64,000 nt of DNA, taken from the NCBI GenBank assembly GCA_028534125.1, contig CM052816.1:4776001-4840000 (forward strand), read 5' to 3'. Positions within the stretch are counted from its first letter, which is position 1, and each line of letters opens with the position of its first letter. Made by a program: the position numbers and the translations under genes. Source of the stretch: Lama glama (taxonomy: Eukaryota). Below, in pieces: positions 1 through 12,419 of the stretch. The notes under the pieces are model-generated. The model was not told where the DNA came from and made no database searches. It worked only from the letters and a program-made list of their open reading frames with translations.

Positions 1-293
1 CTACAGGTAGCTGTTTTCATTTAAATTGACTGCAATTAATTAAGTTTTTTTATGTTTATTTGTTTTTTAATGGAGGTACTGGGTATTGAAACCAGGACCT
101 CATGCATGCTAAGCACACACCCTACCAATTGAGCTATACGCTCCCCCTAATTAAGATTTTTAATTCAGCTCCTTATTCACTATTATATTGCTGTATCTCA
201 GGTCCTGAAGTGCAATGGATAGTGGCTACCATGTTAGACAGTGTAGCATAGAACATGTCCATCATTTCAAAACTTCTTTTAGACACAGCTGCT
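1..293 (+). mobile_element. MER3-like hAT-Charlie DNA transposon fossil, interrupted by a SINE
   Basis: Motifs 'agtggctaccatgttagacagtgtagcatagaacatgtccatcatt...aacttcttttagacacagctg' resemble the MER3 3' half. Confidence 0.7.
45..147 (-). mobile_element. tRNA-Ala-derived SINE (Vic-1 type, camelid)
   Basis: Reverse complement reads gggggagcgtatagctcaattggtagg...cttagcatgcatgaggtcctggtttcaatacccagtacctcc plus A-rich tail; TSD taattaag at 37-44 and 148-155. Confidence 0.9.
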
Positions 294-429
294 CTAGAAG
301 CTTAATTTAGAAAAAATCTTCCAAGACTCTCCAGTTCTACTTGCCATTTAGGACTTCCTATATAAAATCCTTAACAGAGTCTAAGAAGAAACTTGAAGAC
401 GTGTAAGCCAAGATGTTTAAGGCCTTTCG

Positions 430-562
430 GAGAGCAGTTTATCAAAGTGGTTCAGACCCCAGGTTTGAGCATTCGAGCTTCATTCAAAACCTAGTTTTTC
501 TACCTGCTGGCTGTGTGATACTAGCTTGTCACCTCATCTCTAAGTCTTGGTTTCTTCACTGT
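430..562 (+). mobile_element. MIR SINE fragment
   Basis: Degenerate MIR core 'ctggctgtgtgatactagcttgtcacctcatctctaagtcttggtttcttcactgt'. Confidence 0.6.
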
Positions 563-941
563 CCACGGCATGTCCACAGCCTCTCCCTACTTCCTTCTTT
601 CATAGTAACAGAACCCATTATATTTCAGTGAACACAGATCCTCTGATCTCATAAGGGTAGATCCCACTCCAGATCTAGGAGATGCAGTTCTGTATAATGG
701 GATGTTAGGGGAACTCTGCTGCACAGGACTTCCCTGCCCAGATAAAAACAGCACCTTGTGAAGAGCAGAACTTAGACAGTCCATCTCCTTCTTGCCTGCT
801 ATGCTATGGATATAATACCCGAAGCTAGTTTATGTGAGCAAAATAAACCCCTATATTCAAGCTTCCCTGAGTTTTCTTTACTGTTACCGATACCCAAAAG
901 CACTCCAAGTATTTGGTCTTCTCTAAGTTTGGCTGTTTTAA

Positions 942-1090
942 TTCACTCCTAGGTATATATCCAAAGAAAATGAAAACACTGATTCAAAAAGATACATGGA
1001 CCCCAATGTTCACAGCAGCCTTATTTTCAATAGCCAAGATAGGAAAGAAACATAAATGACCATCAAAAAGATGAATGGATAAAGAAGATG

Positions 1091-1121
<31 letters not shown>

Positions 1122-1585
1122 TGGAATACTCCTCAATACTCCTCAGCTGTAAAAAAAGAATGAAATTCCGCTATTTGCAACAACATGGATGGATCTGGAA
1201 GGTATTATGCTTAGTGAAATAAGTCAGACAAAGCTAAATACTGTACGTTATCACTGACATGTGGAATCTAAAAAATAAAACAAATAAATGAATATAACAA
1301 AACAGAAACAGATTCACAGATACAGAGAACAAACTAGTGGTTACCAGTGGAGAAAGAGAAGGCGAGAGGGGCAAGCCAGAGGTATGAGACTAAGAGGCAC
1401 AAACTACTATGTACAAAATAAATAAGCTACAAGGATATATTGTACAGCACCGAGAATATAATCAATGTTTTATAGTAATATTAAGTGGAGTAGAATCTAC
1501 AGAAATATTTAATCACTGTGTTGAATCACTGAAACTCATATAATACTGCAAATCAATTGTAAGTCAAGTGAAAAAAAAACAACAG
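942..1585 (+). mobile_element. 5'-truncated L1 (ORF2 end plus 3'UTR) with TSD
   Basis: L1 3' motifs (cactcctaggtatatatccaaagaaaatgaaaac; gcaacaacatggatggatctgga), A tail, exact TSD ttggctgttttaa at 929-941 and 1586-1598. Confidence 0.93.
1094..1121. repeat. (AC)14 microsatellite inside L1
   Basis: Perfect dinucleotide run. Confidence 0.95.
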
Positions 1586-2318
1586 TTGGCTGTTTTAACC
1601 AAAGACCTCAAACAATGAAAGTTTTAAAGACAGAAGTTTATTTCTATCTCAGGTAAAAGAGAGCTGAAGTCAGTCAATCAAGAGAAGGTATAGCTCTATG
1701 GTCATCAGTGCCTCTTGCTTCTTCTCTTTCTGCTTCATCATCCTAACATTTGGCTTGCATCCTCAAACTCATCTCATGTTCCTAGATGGCTGCTGGAGTG
1801 CCGGCCATTACAAAGGCAATTCAGGGAGCAAGAAGGAGGAAAAGGGAAGGACAATTGGGCGCTTCTTCCATATGAATGAGCTCTATTTAAGAAGCCAGTC
1901 TTAAAAGTTTTTCACAGCTCTCTCACTTACAGCTCATCTGTCAGAACAGTCACATGACACTCCTGGAAGCAAAGCAACCTGGGAGTGTAGTCTTTCAGCT
2001 GGGAGTTATTGCCACCCCAACAAAATCACAGTTCTACTGTTTAGGAATAAGAGAATGATTCTTGGGTGACAACCATTGTAAGATAAAAGCAGCTAACACA
2101 AGTAGAGTGTTTGGCACAGTGCATGATATACAGTAAATTCTGAGTAAAAGTTGAAAGTAAGATAGGAAGGGAGTAAAATATCTTGTTATCTTCACTTTTG
2201 ATTTGTTACATACCTAGTTAGTCTCTGTTCCATTAATATTGTGTTCTCTGAACCTTAGCTATTTGTGACTTTCCCATATTCATATACCATCTGTGGTATT
2301 ATTTAATATTTTCTTTAA

Positions 2319-3390
2319 CAGAAAGACAACCTATGGAATGGGAGAAAATATTTGCAAATGATGCAACTGACAAGGGCTTAATTTGCAGAATATATAAACA
2401 GCTCATACAACTTAACAACAACAACAACAATAGAAGAAACAGCCCAATCCAAAAATGGGCAGAAGACCTAAACAAGCAATTCTTCAATGAAGACATACAA
2501 ATGGCCAACAGACACCTGAAAAAGTACCCAGTATCACTAATTTTCAGAGAAATGCAAATCAAAAATACAAGGTATCACCTCACACCAGTCAGAATGGCCA
2601 TCATTCAAAAGTCCACAAACAATAAATGCTGGAGAGGGTGTGGAGAAAAGGGAACCCTCCTATGCTGCTGGTGGGAATGTAGTTTGGTGCAGCCATTATG
2701 GAAAACAGGATGGAGAGTCCTCAAAAAACTAAAAATAGACTTAACATATGATCCAGCAATCCCACTCCTGGGCATATATCTGGAGGAAAATATAATTGTA
2801 AAAGATACACGTACCCCAGTGTTCACAGCAGCACTATTTACAATAGCCAAGACATGGAAAAAACCTAAATGACCATCAACAGATGACTGGATAAAGAAGT
2901 TGCGGTATATTTACACAATGGAATACTACTCAGCCATAAAAAAGAATAAAATAATGCCATTTGCAGCAACATAGATGGACCTGGAGATCATCATTCTAAG
3001 TGAAGTAAGCCAGAAAGAGAAAGAAAAATACTATATTATATCATTTATATGTGGAATCTGAAAAAGAAGAACCCAAGCAAACTTATTTAAAAAACAGAAA
3101 CAGACTCAGAGACATAGAAAACAAATGTATAGCTACCAGGGGAGGAAGGGGGTGGAGAGGGATAAACTGGGAATTCAGGATTTGCAGATACTAACCACTA
3201 TATACAAAATAGATAAACAACAATTTTACTCTGTATAGCATGGGGAGCTATATTCAATATCTTATAGTAACCTATAATGAAAAAGAATATTTATATATAT
3301 ATATGACTGAAACATGATGTTGTACACCAGAAATCGATACACTGTAAACTGACTATACTTCAACTAAAAAATAAAAAATTAAAATTAAAA
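2319..3390 (+). mobile_element. Young 5'-truncated L1 (ORF2 C-terminal remnant plus 3'UTR)
   Basis: ORF 2333-2872 (WEKIFAN...[12 protein letters not shown]...[26 protein letters not shown]) is the L1 ORF2 Cys-rich C-terminus with a premature stop; A-rich tail at about 3365-3390. Confidence 0.95.
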
Positions 3391-3424
3391 ATTTTTTTAA
3401 ACGTGTCTTTAAATCCACTTGACT

Positions 3425-3483
3425 TTTTTTGAGGTATAGTTGATGTACAACATTACATAAGTTTCAGGTGTACAACATAGTGA
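3425..3483 (-). mobile_element. Very short L1 3' terminus
   Basis: 'ttttttgaggtatagttgatgtacaacattacataagtttcaggtgtacaacatagtga' is an antisense L1 end. Confidence 0.75.
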
Positions 3484-4299
3484 AATCAGTCTGACTTTAA
3501 ACTTAAATTTAAGTATATCATTTCCATAAATAAGAAACCAATATTCTTCAAATAAAATTACAACTGTTACAAAAGCGTTCATTTGGGATATACCCTAAAA
3601 CCAACTCCCATGCCACATTTTAGCAAACACTTCTCTGTTGAATGCTTTGGAATAAATGACTTTTGTGATTGATTACCTTGAGTTTGCTTTGGTCATTAAT
3701 CAATCTCTGTTGCTATTTATTTGCTTCATCTAACACTGTGAGATGGAAATTATTCCTTAAATATCTTTAGCAATTAGCAAAACTGGCATTTTCCTTAGGT
3801 TCAGCCAATTTTTAACAAGAATTAATGGTAAGAACATGGTGATGGGACTTAACAGAAGGCTGACACGTTCAGTAGCTTTTTATTTTCTCTTTTTAAAGAT
3901 CTGGACAGAATCCTATTGAGAAAGAATTACTAAACACATTGTCAACTTCAAGCATGTCTTCTGTACCTTCTCTGTTCAGTCCCTAATGGACCTGTATTTA
4001 ACTCTTTCAACCAAACGCCTTGACAGGACATTCAGTGACCTCCATGATGCCTCCCTCCCTCCCTCCACAACCCTATGCTCTTGTCAGAGCAGGCATGGCA
4101 TTCAAGGCCCCATGCCATTCTTTATCTGCTCCTGGCATCTTGATTCCCTCACAGGTAAATGCTGTTTTGCCTCTTGTCCCATTTAACCACTAAATCTGTC
4201 ACGAGGATAAAATAAGACCATGTTGTGAAAGTTCTTAGAAAGGGGTGAAGTGCTATACAACATAGAATGATATCATCATCCAAGTCAATGGCGTTCTTG

Positions 4300-4545
4300 A
4301 TGAAGTGGTCCTGAGCATGGGCTCCACCCCTAGAATACCTGGCTCACCCCCAATCACGTGCTGTGTGACCTTGGGAAAGTTACTGTACCTCTCTGTGTCT
4401 CAGTGTCTTCCTCGGTAACATGAGGATAGCGCTTAATACCACACAGGGGATTGTGACAATTCAATAGATTAATACACATAAAGCATCTAGAACAGTGCCT
4501 GGTATATACTGAGCTCTTGGAGCATGTTAGCTATTACTGTTATTA
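4300..4545 (+). mobile_element. Near full-length MIR
   Basis: 'gctgtgtgaccttgggaaagttactgtacctctctgtgtctcagt...agaacagtgcctggtatatactgagctc...gttagctattact'. Confidence 0.85.
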
Positions 4546-6061
4546 CGATCTCCAAAGAGTGGGCTCTGGAGTCCGGCAAAGTTTCATTTCAAATCCCAGC
4601 TCAGTAGTGATATGTAACTAGGTCACAAATCCACATTCCGAGGAAGTGGTACTTCTTTATCCATCTCCCTGACAGACCAGCTCCTTCACCCAGCAGGAAG
4701 CAAACAAACAACAGAACCTCAGCAGAGTCTCCCCAGCAAACCGAGACTGACATAAGAATTTAAAATTCCTCCAGAAAGGCTCACTCGCTTTATATATCAA
4801 TGTTCTGTCGCAGATTTCCCCTCCTCCCCTGCACCTCTCCAGGATGCTGACTGGGAATATGGGAGGTGGACTGATGTAAACTTCACATGCAGAAGTAAGT
4901 GGCCCCTTGTGTTTGAGGACCTAGGCACCTCGCTGGCCTCACTCTAGTCCCTGCCCTGGGGCAAGAGGACACCTGCTTTCAAGTTGGCCTTTGAGCGTGA
5001 GCCAGCCTGTTGGACCCTCGAGGTTGTTCTGTTCCCTGAGGGTTCTGCTGCTGCTGAAATCTGTGCCTGTCACACCCCACAGCAAGGTCTCTCTCTCTCT
5101 GATGATGGCCTAGAGAGGTTCTCTAACTGACTTGATTCTCACCCCAGCTCTTACTAACCCTGCTGAGTCTCACTCTCATCTTCCATCTGACACCCAGAGA
5201 ATGTCCCTGCATATTCGCTGTAGAGCAGAGCTGATGTCCCTCAGAACATCTACAGCAGGGTCCACCCTGAGGAGTGTGCTAGAATGCCAGGGTCCCCTCT
5301 GCACCACAAGGACTCCAAAGCCAACTTAGAAAAGCCAGACATTGGCATTCTCTCCACCAAATCATGCTGGGCTACCAAGCTATTCCCTTGATGCAGCCGT
5401 CCCCCACTTTGGAGCAGGGAGGACTGGAGGTAAGTTCTACCCAGAGCCCCAAACGTGCCTCCAAAGCCCATGACCTCATCACTCCTCAACTAACCCCACC
5501 ACCCCTGCTCACTCCGCCCAAAGTCCACAAGGGGAGATGTGGGCCCACATGCCCAGCCCTGTCACCCCTGCCACCTCTCCCCACACAAGCCCCAGCCAGA
5601 GGAGTAGATCCCTACCTTCCTTATCAGACCTGGCTGTATCCTCCTAGGGCAGGATGCCAAAGAGCCTCGCCAACACGTGGAAGAGGTTTCTCCTTCACAA
5701 GATGGAAGAGAAGATGATACAAGTGTCCCCCCTGACACACTAAAAATAACAAAATGTACATAAATGTCCTGCCCTCCTCCCTTTTCCTCTCCTTACACTC
5801 CCTCTTCAAAAATTTGGCTTTTAATCTTACTATCTTACCCCTAAATTTTATATTGAATGTCAGAGGCTGATTAACTCATTGTCTTTGCATCTCTGCTACA
5901 ATATTCCTGCTACCTCCCCCTCCCACCTGAAGTAGACAAATGACTCGGAGCTGAGGACTCAGTGCACTACATAGAAGAGCAAAAGGAGAAGTCCATTCAA
6001 CAGTTTTTCAAAATAGGAGCCCTGTTGTATTTATCATCCTGGGCAACTTTCATAATTTTTT

Positions 6062-7334
6062 TCTTTTTTTTTTTTTTTTTACTGAAGTACAGTTGAGAGA
6101 CAATATTATATTAGTTTCTGGTGTACAACATAGGGATTCAAAACTTATACACATTATGAATTGACCACCACAGTAAGTCTAGTAACCATCTGTCACCATA
6201 CAAAGCTACTGCAATATTATTGACTATATTCCCTATGCTGTACATGACACTCTTGGGACTTATTTATTTTATAACTGAAAGTTTGTACCTCTTAATCCGC
6301 TTCACCTATTTTCCCCACTCCCACTCCCTCGCCTCCAGTGACTACCAGTTTATTCTCTGCATCTATAAGTTTGTTTCTGTTTTGTTTTGTTTATCCATTT
6401 GTTTTGTTTTTCAATTTCCACATTTAAGTGAAATCATATGCTACTTGTCTTTCCCTGTTTGTCTTATTTCACTAAGCATAATATCCCCTAGGTCCATCCA
6501 TGATGTTGCAAATGACAAGATTTCATTCTTTTTTAAGGGTGAGTAGTATTCCATATTTATCACATCTTCTTTATCCATTTGTCTATTGATGGACACTTAG
6601 GTTGCTTCCATATCTTGGTTATTGTAAATAATGCTGCAGTGAACACTGGAGTGCACATATCTTTTCAAATTAGTGTTTTTGTTTCCTTCAGGTAAATACC
6701 CAGAAGTGACACTGCTGGATCATATGGTAGTTCTATTTTTAATTTTTTTGAAGAATCTCCATACTGTTTTCCATATTGGCTACACCAACTTACATTCCCA
6801 CCAGCAGTGCATGAGGACTTCCTTTTCTCCACATCCTCACCAATACTTGTTATTTGTTCTCTTTTTGATGATAGCCATTCTGACAGGTGTTAGGTGATAC
6901 CTCATCGTGGTTTTTATTTGCGTTTCCCTGACGATTAGTGATGTTGAGCATATTTTCATGTGCCTGTTGGCCATCTCTTTGTCTTCCTTGGAAAAACGTC
7001 TATTCAAATCCTCTGCCCATTTTTAAAATCAGATTGTTTGGATTTTTTGCTATTAAGTTGTGTGAGTTCTTGATATAGTCTAGATATTAACCCCTTATCA
7101 GACATATCATTTGCAAATATCTTCTTTCATTCAGTAGATTGCCTTTACATTTTGTTGATGGTTTCCTTCCCTGTGCAAAACATTTTTAGTTTGATATAGT
7201 CCCATTTGTTTATTTTTACTTTTGTTTCCCTCGCCTAAACAGAGAGAGCCAAAAAAATATTGCTAGGACTGATGTCAAAGAGCATACTGCCTGGGTTTTC
7301 TTCTAGGAGTTTTATGGTTTCAGGTATTATGTTT
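6062..7334 (-). mobile_element. 5'-truncated L1 inserted into a MIR
   Basis: poly-T start, antisense L1 3'UTR/ORF2; TSD cataatttttt at about 6051-6061 and cacaatttttt at 7335-7345; flanks rejoin as MIR core ctgggcaac...tgagcctcagtttcatcatctg. Confidence 0.93.
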
Positions 7335-7424
7335 CACAATTTTTTGAGCCTCAGTTTCATCATCTGGAGAAAAAAAATTTACAATGGCTCTAAACCATAA
7401 AGTAACTGGAATGATTAAAATTTT

Positions 7425-7915
7425 TTGTGTATGCAAAGACCTGTAAGCAAATAGTCACAAGCAGCAGTATTCATAATAATCCAGGACTGGAAACAATCCA
7501 AATGTCCTTCAGCTGGTGGAAGGACAAACAAAATGTTGCTTATTCTCACCACAGAATACTATTCAGCGATAAAAATAAACTACTGACACATGGTACTTCA
7601 TTGAGGAATCTCAAAAGCATTATGCTAAGTGAAAGAAGTCAGACTCAGAAGACCACATATTGTCTGATTCCATTTATATACAATGTCCGAAAAAGGGAAA
7701 TCCATAGAGACAAAGAGTAAGGCAGCCTAGGGCTCCGCGTGGGAGTGACATTGACTGTAAATGTACACAGGAAGCATCTGGGATGATGGACATGTTCTAA
7801 AACTGGCTTGTGATGATGGTGGCACAACTCTACACATTTACTAAAATCACTAAATTGTACGTTCGCCATGAGTAAATATTATACGTAATTATACCTGAAT
7901 AAAGTTATTTTTTAA
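7425..7915 (+). mobile_element. Older L1 (L1MB/ME-type) 3' end
   Basis: 'gaatctcaaaagcattatgctaagtgaaagaagtcagactcagaagaccacatattgtctgattccattta...aattatacctgaataaagtt'. Confidence 0.85.
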
Positions 7916-9123
7916 AGGTTTTTTTTTGGTGTGTGTGAGTGTTTTAACACACACACAGAGAAATATAAATGCACTTGTACACACACATATACAAACACAC
8001 ACATATACACATAGTGCCTGGCACAAAGCAAGTGCTTAAAAGATGCTGATCACATCTGTTAACATATTATTGAAACGTTTATCATTTTTATTAAACCTCT
8101 CATTTCACATCCTTTACATAGTTATTGCCCTAAAATAATTAGAGAGGCTATTTATGTTTAGAGTATTAACTGCTGGGCCAAAATGCCTATTATCAAATTC
8201 TTAGTACCTTCAAAAATTCTAGGAGCTACACAGAAGTTTGACAAATGTCCTCCTGATTTTAATGTACTTTACAACAGTGAATATATATATTGGTAGAGCC
8301 TTAGTAGAATTCTTAACCACTCTTTTGCCTGGTGTAAAAGTCAGCTTTCCAAATCACGATATTTGAGACCAAAAGTAAATAAATAAAGATTAAAGCATTC
8401 AGCACACCTGCTTCTGTTGGGTGCTGTAGCTTTTTTATAGAAAGTTAATATTTTTACCCTTCCCTTTGGCTTTCATAAAAGATGCTTCTTCCTTAGCATT
8501 CAAAAGCTTCACTACATCACCTACTAAGCATTTACAGCCTGGTTCCTATTCATAGGATAATGCCTGTTTTAACAGAAAAAGACACCTGAGACACACGTGC
8601 ACGTCTCATTGATCAAGTGCTGAGGCGCATCTTCACGCTCTTTCCTGAAGGAAGTTTTTTATCTCCCATTAGATATGATTGAGCTTCCGATCTACATTCG
8701 CCAGGGTCCAAGCCCTTGTTAGACTTCCTCTCCATTCGGGCAGGGCCCAAAACTCATTCCTTTTGTCTCCCCAAACTGTGCTTTTCCCTCTAGGCAGCCT
8801 AACTCCCTAGCCAGCCCTCTGATTCACACACATTTCCCTCCAGCTCCCCTCCTACCACTGGGATCTTACTCAATTCATCCTCTATTATCTGGCAGGCATT
8901 TATTTCAGAATAAGTGGCTTTTTTTTTTTTTTGGTGCAACATTAATTAGGTTACAAGGTTTTCAAAGACAACCACCATGGCTTCTAGTTCTTTGAGAGTC
9001 CTCTGGCTCTGCTCTGAAGAGTTCATCTCGCACCGCACACTCACTCACGATGGCATGCTGAGTTGCCCACCCCATTTAAGCTCTCTCTCTTTCTCTCCCT
9101 CTCAATCTCGAATTCTCCTAGCT

Positions 9124-9297
9124 CAGTGTTTCTCAAAGCCTGATCCCTTGCATCAGCATCACCTGGAAACTTGCTAAAAATGCAAATTCTCAGGCCCCAC
9201 CCCAGATCGACTGAATCTGAAAAGGTAGAACCCAGCAATTCTTGGTTTAACCAGCCCTCCAAGTGAGCCTGTGTACACTTAATTTGGAGAACCACCT
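9124..9297 (+). mobile_element. MER5A hAT-Charlie MITE
   Basis: TIR-like ends cagtgtttctcaaa ... ttggagaaccac; core 'atcacctggaaacttgctaaaaatgcaaattctcaggccccacccc'. Confidence 0.88.
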
Positions 9298-9443
9298 CCC
9301 GAAGTCAAATGCCTATGTGATGCAACTCCACCGCAACTGAGATCAGTGCAGCAACACTCCTCAAAACCCTACCACCCATACTCGTGTCACTCTGTTACCC
9401 ATACTTCCGAGTTGTCAGCTGCCCCATTAAAAAGATCTCTGTC

Positions 9444-9705
9444 TCAAATGAACCTGTCTACAAAAAAGAAACAGACTCACAGACATGGAGAACAAATGTA
9501 TAGTTACCAGGAGTAAAAGGGGTGGGAAGGGATAAACTGGGAATTCGAAAATTGCACCACTTGGCAAGTGATGGCAATGTTAGCTGTCTTGATGGTGGTG
9601 GTGGTTCCACTGGGGTACACATCTATCAAAATTCATCAGAGTGTACATCTGAAATATGTGTCATTTACTGTACAGGAACCATACCACAATAAAGGTGTTA
9701 AAAAA
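9444..9705 (+). mobile_element. Chimeric L1 insertion (young L1 3'UTR piece fused to an old L1ME/MC-type terminus) within one TSD
   Basis: TSD aaaaagatctctgtc 9429-9443 and aaaaagacctctgtc 9706-9720; AATAAA 9688-9693 then poly-A. Confidence 0.85.
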
Positions 9706-10120
9706 AAAAAGACCTCTGTCACCCTCCAGACATTTTGCTTTTACTGTAGCCAGACAACCACAAAATGAGGGAGAAAGCAAATCATTGGTTAACTTCCCAA
9801 ATTGTTTCCAGAGCTGAACTGATGTTATTAATGATACCATCAGAGATGCTGACGGAACCAAAAAAAGTGCCTTTGGTGAAAAACCATCTTAGTTTGTGCT
9901 CCACTGAAAACAGAGGCAGGAAAGGGTCAGGTTTTGCCAGATGGAGAAAGACTGGTCTAACAGGAAAGATAACTTGCTGAAAAGCTTTGAGCAGGCCTTA
10001 GGGAAATGCAGTGATTTAAAAATTTTCTTATTTAAAAACACTGGAGAAGAGGACATAGAAGATCTCTTTCAAACAGCAGACATGACAGATATATTAGCAG
10101 AATATAAAGGTGTAATATTT

Positions 10121-10336
10121 AGAGGGAGGGTACAGCTGAGTGGTAGAGTGCATGATTAGCATGCACAAGGTCCTGGATTCAGTCCCCAGTACCTCCATTA
10201 AAATAAATAAGTGAAAACCTAATTACCTCTCCCTCCAAAAAAAAAAAAATGCAAATTAAATCCACACTGAGAAATAACATAAAGAGGTCTCATAACTCAA
10301 TATTAGACAAAAACTCAATTAAAAAATAAAAATTAA
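10121..10336 (+). mobile_element. Vic-1-type SINE with about 87 bp 3' extension inside the TSD
   Basis: tRNA-Ala-like head, A13 tail at 10237-10249; TSD aaaggtgtaatattt 10106-10120 and aaagctgtaatattt 10337-10351. Confidence 0.88.
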
Positions 10337-10620
10337 AAAGCTGTAATATTTTTAATTTAAAAACTCCTCTTAAGGTATCACTCTTGTTGTAACATTCAGA
10401 GCCTCTAAGAAAACATCCCCCTTTCTGTGGTCTGAAAAAACATCTATACACTTAAAAATTATTCTAAAAAGAAAATGAGTGGAAGTAAATACATTTGCTT
10501 TAACACAGCAAGTTTTTACAGATATTAGAAAGCAGGAGGGAGGTGGGGATCCAGGGGGATGAAAACTATAAACATTTATGGAGCACCTCTTGCATGTAAG
10601 GCTCTCTGGTAAGGGGTGAA

Positions 10621-11275
10621 CACCACCTTCACCATCATTTCTCTCCAGATCTACTGCAAGAGCCTGCTAACAGCTTTCCCTGTCTCCATTCTTGCCCTGC
10701 ACACAGCAACCAGAAAGCAGCAGGAAGCAGCTCACCTCCCTCCCCCGTTCAGTGCCTCACTCCAAAGACTGCCATCACACTCAGAATCAAGTCCACAGGC
10801 CTAACCTTGGAGACTTTTCCCGCTCCCTCACTACCTGTGAACATCTGTCCTAGGACTCCACCCTTTCCTCATGTCACTCAGCCCCTCTTGACTTTCTGCT
10901 GTCATTTATACAAACCAAGCACATCCCTACCTCAGGGCTTTGCATCAGCTGCTCCCTCTGCCAGGAATGCTCTTCCAGATCACCACACGGCTGCTTTCCA
11001 CAGGTTCCTTCAGTCTCTGTTCAAATGCCACCGTGGCAGAGATGCCTTCTACAAAAAAAAGGACACGTGTTCACAACCTCCCCTCACTCTCCCCCTTGTT
11101 TTTCTTCATACATGACATATCAGATTCTCAGCATTTAACCTTATACTCCCCCCAACAATATTAGCTTCATTTGAGCAGAGATCTCTGTTTTGTTCACTGC
11201 TATGTCCTCAGCACCTAGAACAGTGCCTGGCACATATTAGGTGCTCAGCAAAGAAAGAGCTGTTAAATAGATGAG
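10621..11275 (+). mobile_element. L2 (L2a-like) 3' portion
   Basis: 'cctacctcagggctttgcatcagctgctccctctgccaggaatgctctt', tail 'cagcacctagaacagtgcctggcacatattaggtgctca'. Confidence 0.88.
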
Positions 11276-12419
11276 AGCATGTTAGGTGCTAAGGGTACCA
11301 AGTGACAGCCTACAGATCCCTGCCCTCCGTGAGCTTGCGATTGGGTTCATATTTATGTCCTTTCTCCACCAGGAGAAATTAAAACTGGCAGATGTCAATT
11401 ATGAAAGGTATCTGCTTCTCAAACTCATATCCAGAAAATGCACAAATGTGTTAGTGCTTGAATTGTTTTTGTAAACTACCTGTTGAGTCAAATTCATCTA
11501 GCAGGACTCATGAGGACAACTGCTTTAAAATTCTGTGTTTCCTTAAAACCAATCTGTCACCATTCGCCGGAAGTAGCCGTGTTATTGCTCTCTGTTCGAT
11601 GGTGGAGCTAGGTGTCTAGACGTTACTTAATAACTGGTGGGTGACTTTTCTCAAATGTGAGTCCGAAGACAACGAGAGTGATGCACGTTTAAATGCTTCT
11701 AACTGCAAGAAGCTCAGCAAGGTTTATGGTTTACCTAACATGTAAAATACTTCACTTTATAAGTGATTCCCCCGAGAGCTGGAGAATACCCAAAAATCTT
11801 TCTTCCACGAAAGCAAGCAAAACAATCATTACTATGAGAAATGCATTTGGCTCCTTAAGTCAGAGGAGCATGTCATGAAATTGACATCAGCAATACTGCT
11901 CCTCTCTTAACGGTTTGCTTTAGTGAAGGTAACATTATGAAGACATTCTCTCTCACTTTAACTGGCTGTGGGATAAAATAATTTTTAAAACATCCTCCAG
12001 ATGAACCTGACTCTTTTTATTACTTGTTTCCCTGATTGGTGTCCTTTTATACACTGGACTCATGAGATAACTTAAATTAGATAACTTAGCTTTTAACACA
12101 AACCAGAACTTGGTGAAATATTAACAAAACATTGCTTAGCAATGCCCTTGAAAACCCTAGCTCAGGCCACAATTTTCAAAGGTCACCTCTGAAAAGACAG
12201 CCAAGGCTTTTAAGTCAGATCAAGTGAATGTCTAGAAGGAGGATTTCTAAGACAAACGAAGATTTAAAATATCACAAAAGTTGAAATCTAAGCCTTTGTG
12301 AATTGACTTTTGGTGAACCGTGGGTTGATGTCCCATCTCTGCACATACCCCAAGTAAGAGCTGACTTGTCTGCATGAGTCCCCATCTTTCTGGGAGGAAA
12401 GTATCCGCAGGAAAAACTG

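Larger units (their letters stand above)
922..2075 (-). mobile_element. LTR33-like ERVL solo LTR, interrupted by L1 at 942-1585
   Basis: 'tttggctgttttaa..cc..agaagtttatttct', 'agatggctgctggagtgccggccattac', 'gtcacatgac...gggagtgtagtcttt' resemble antisense LTR33. Confidence 0.6.

Noticed and set aside
1125..1144. 10-bp tandem duplication aatactcctc x2
   Set aside because: Ordinary slippage duplication inside an L1.
2333..2872. 179-aa ORF
   Set aside because: C-terminal remnant of L1 ORF2 in a 5'-truncated copy with a premature stop; not a host gene.
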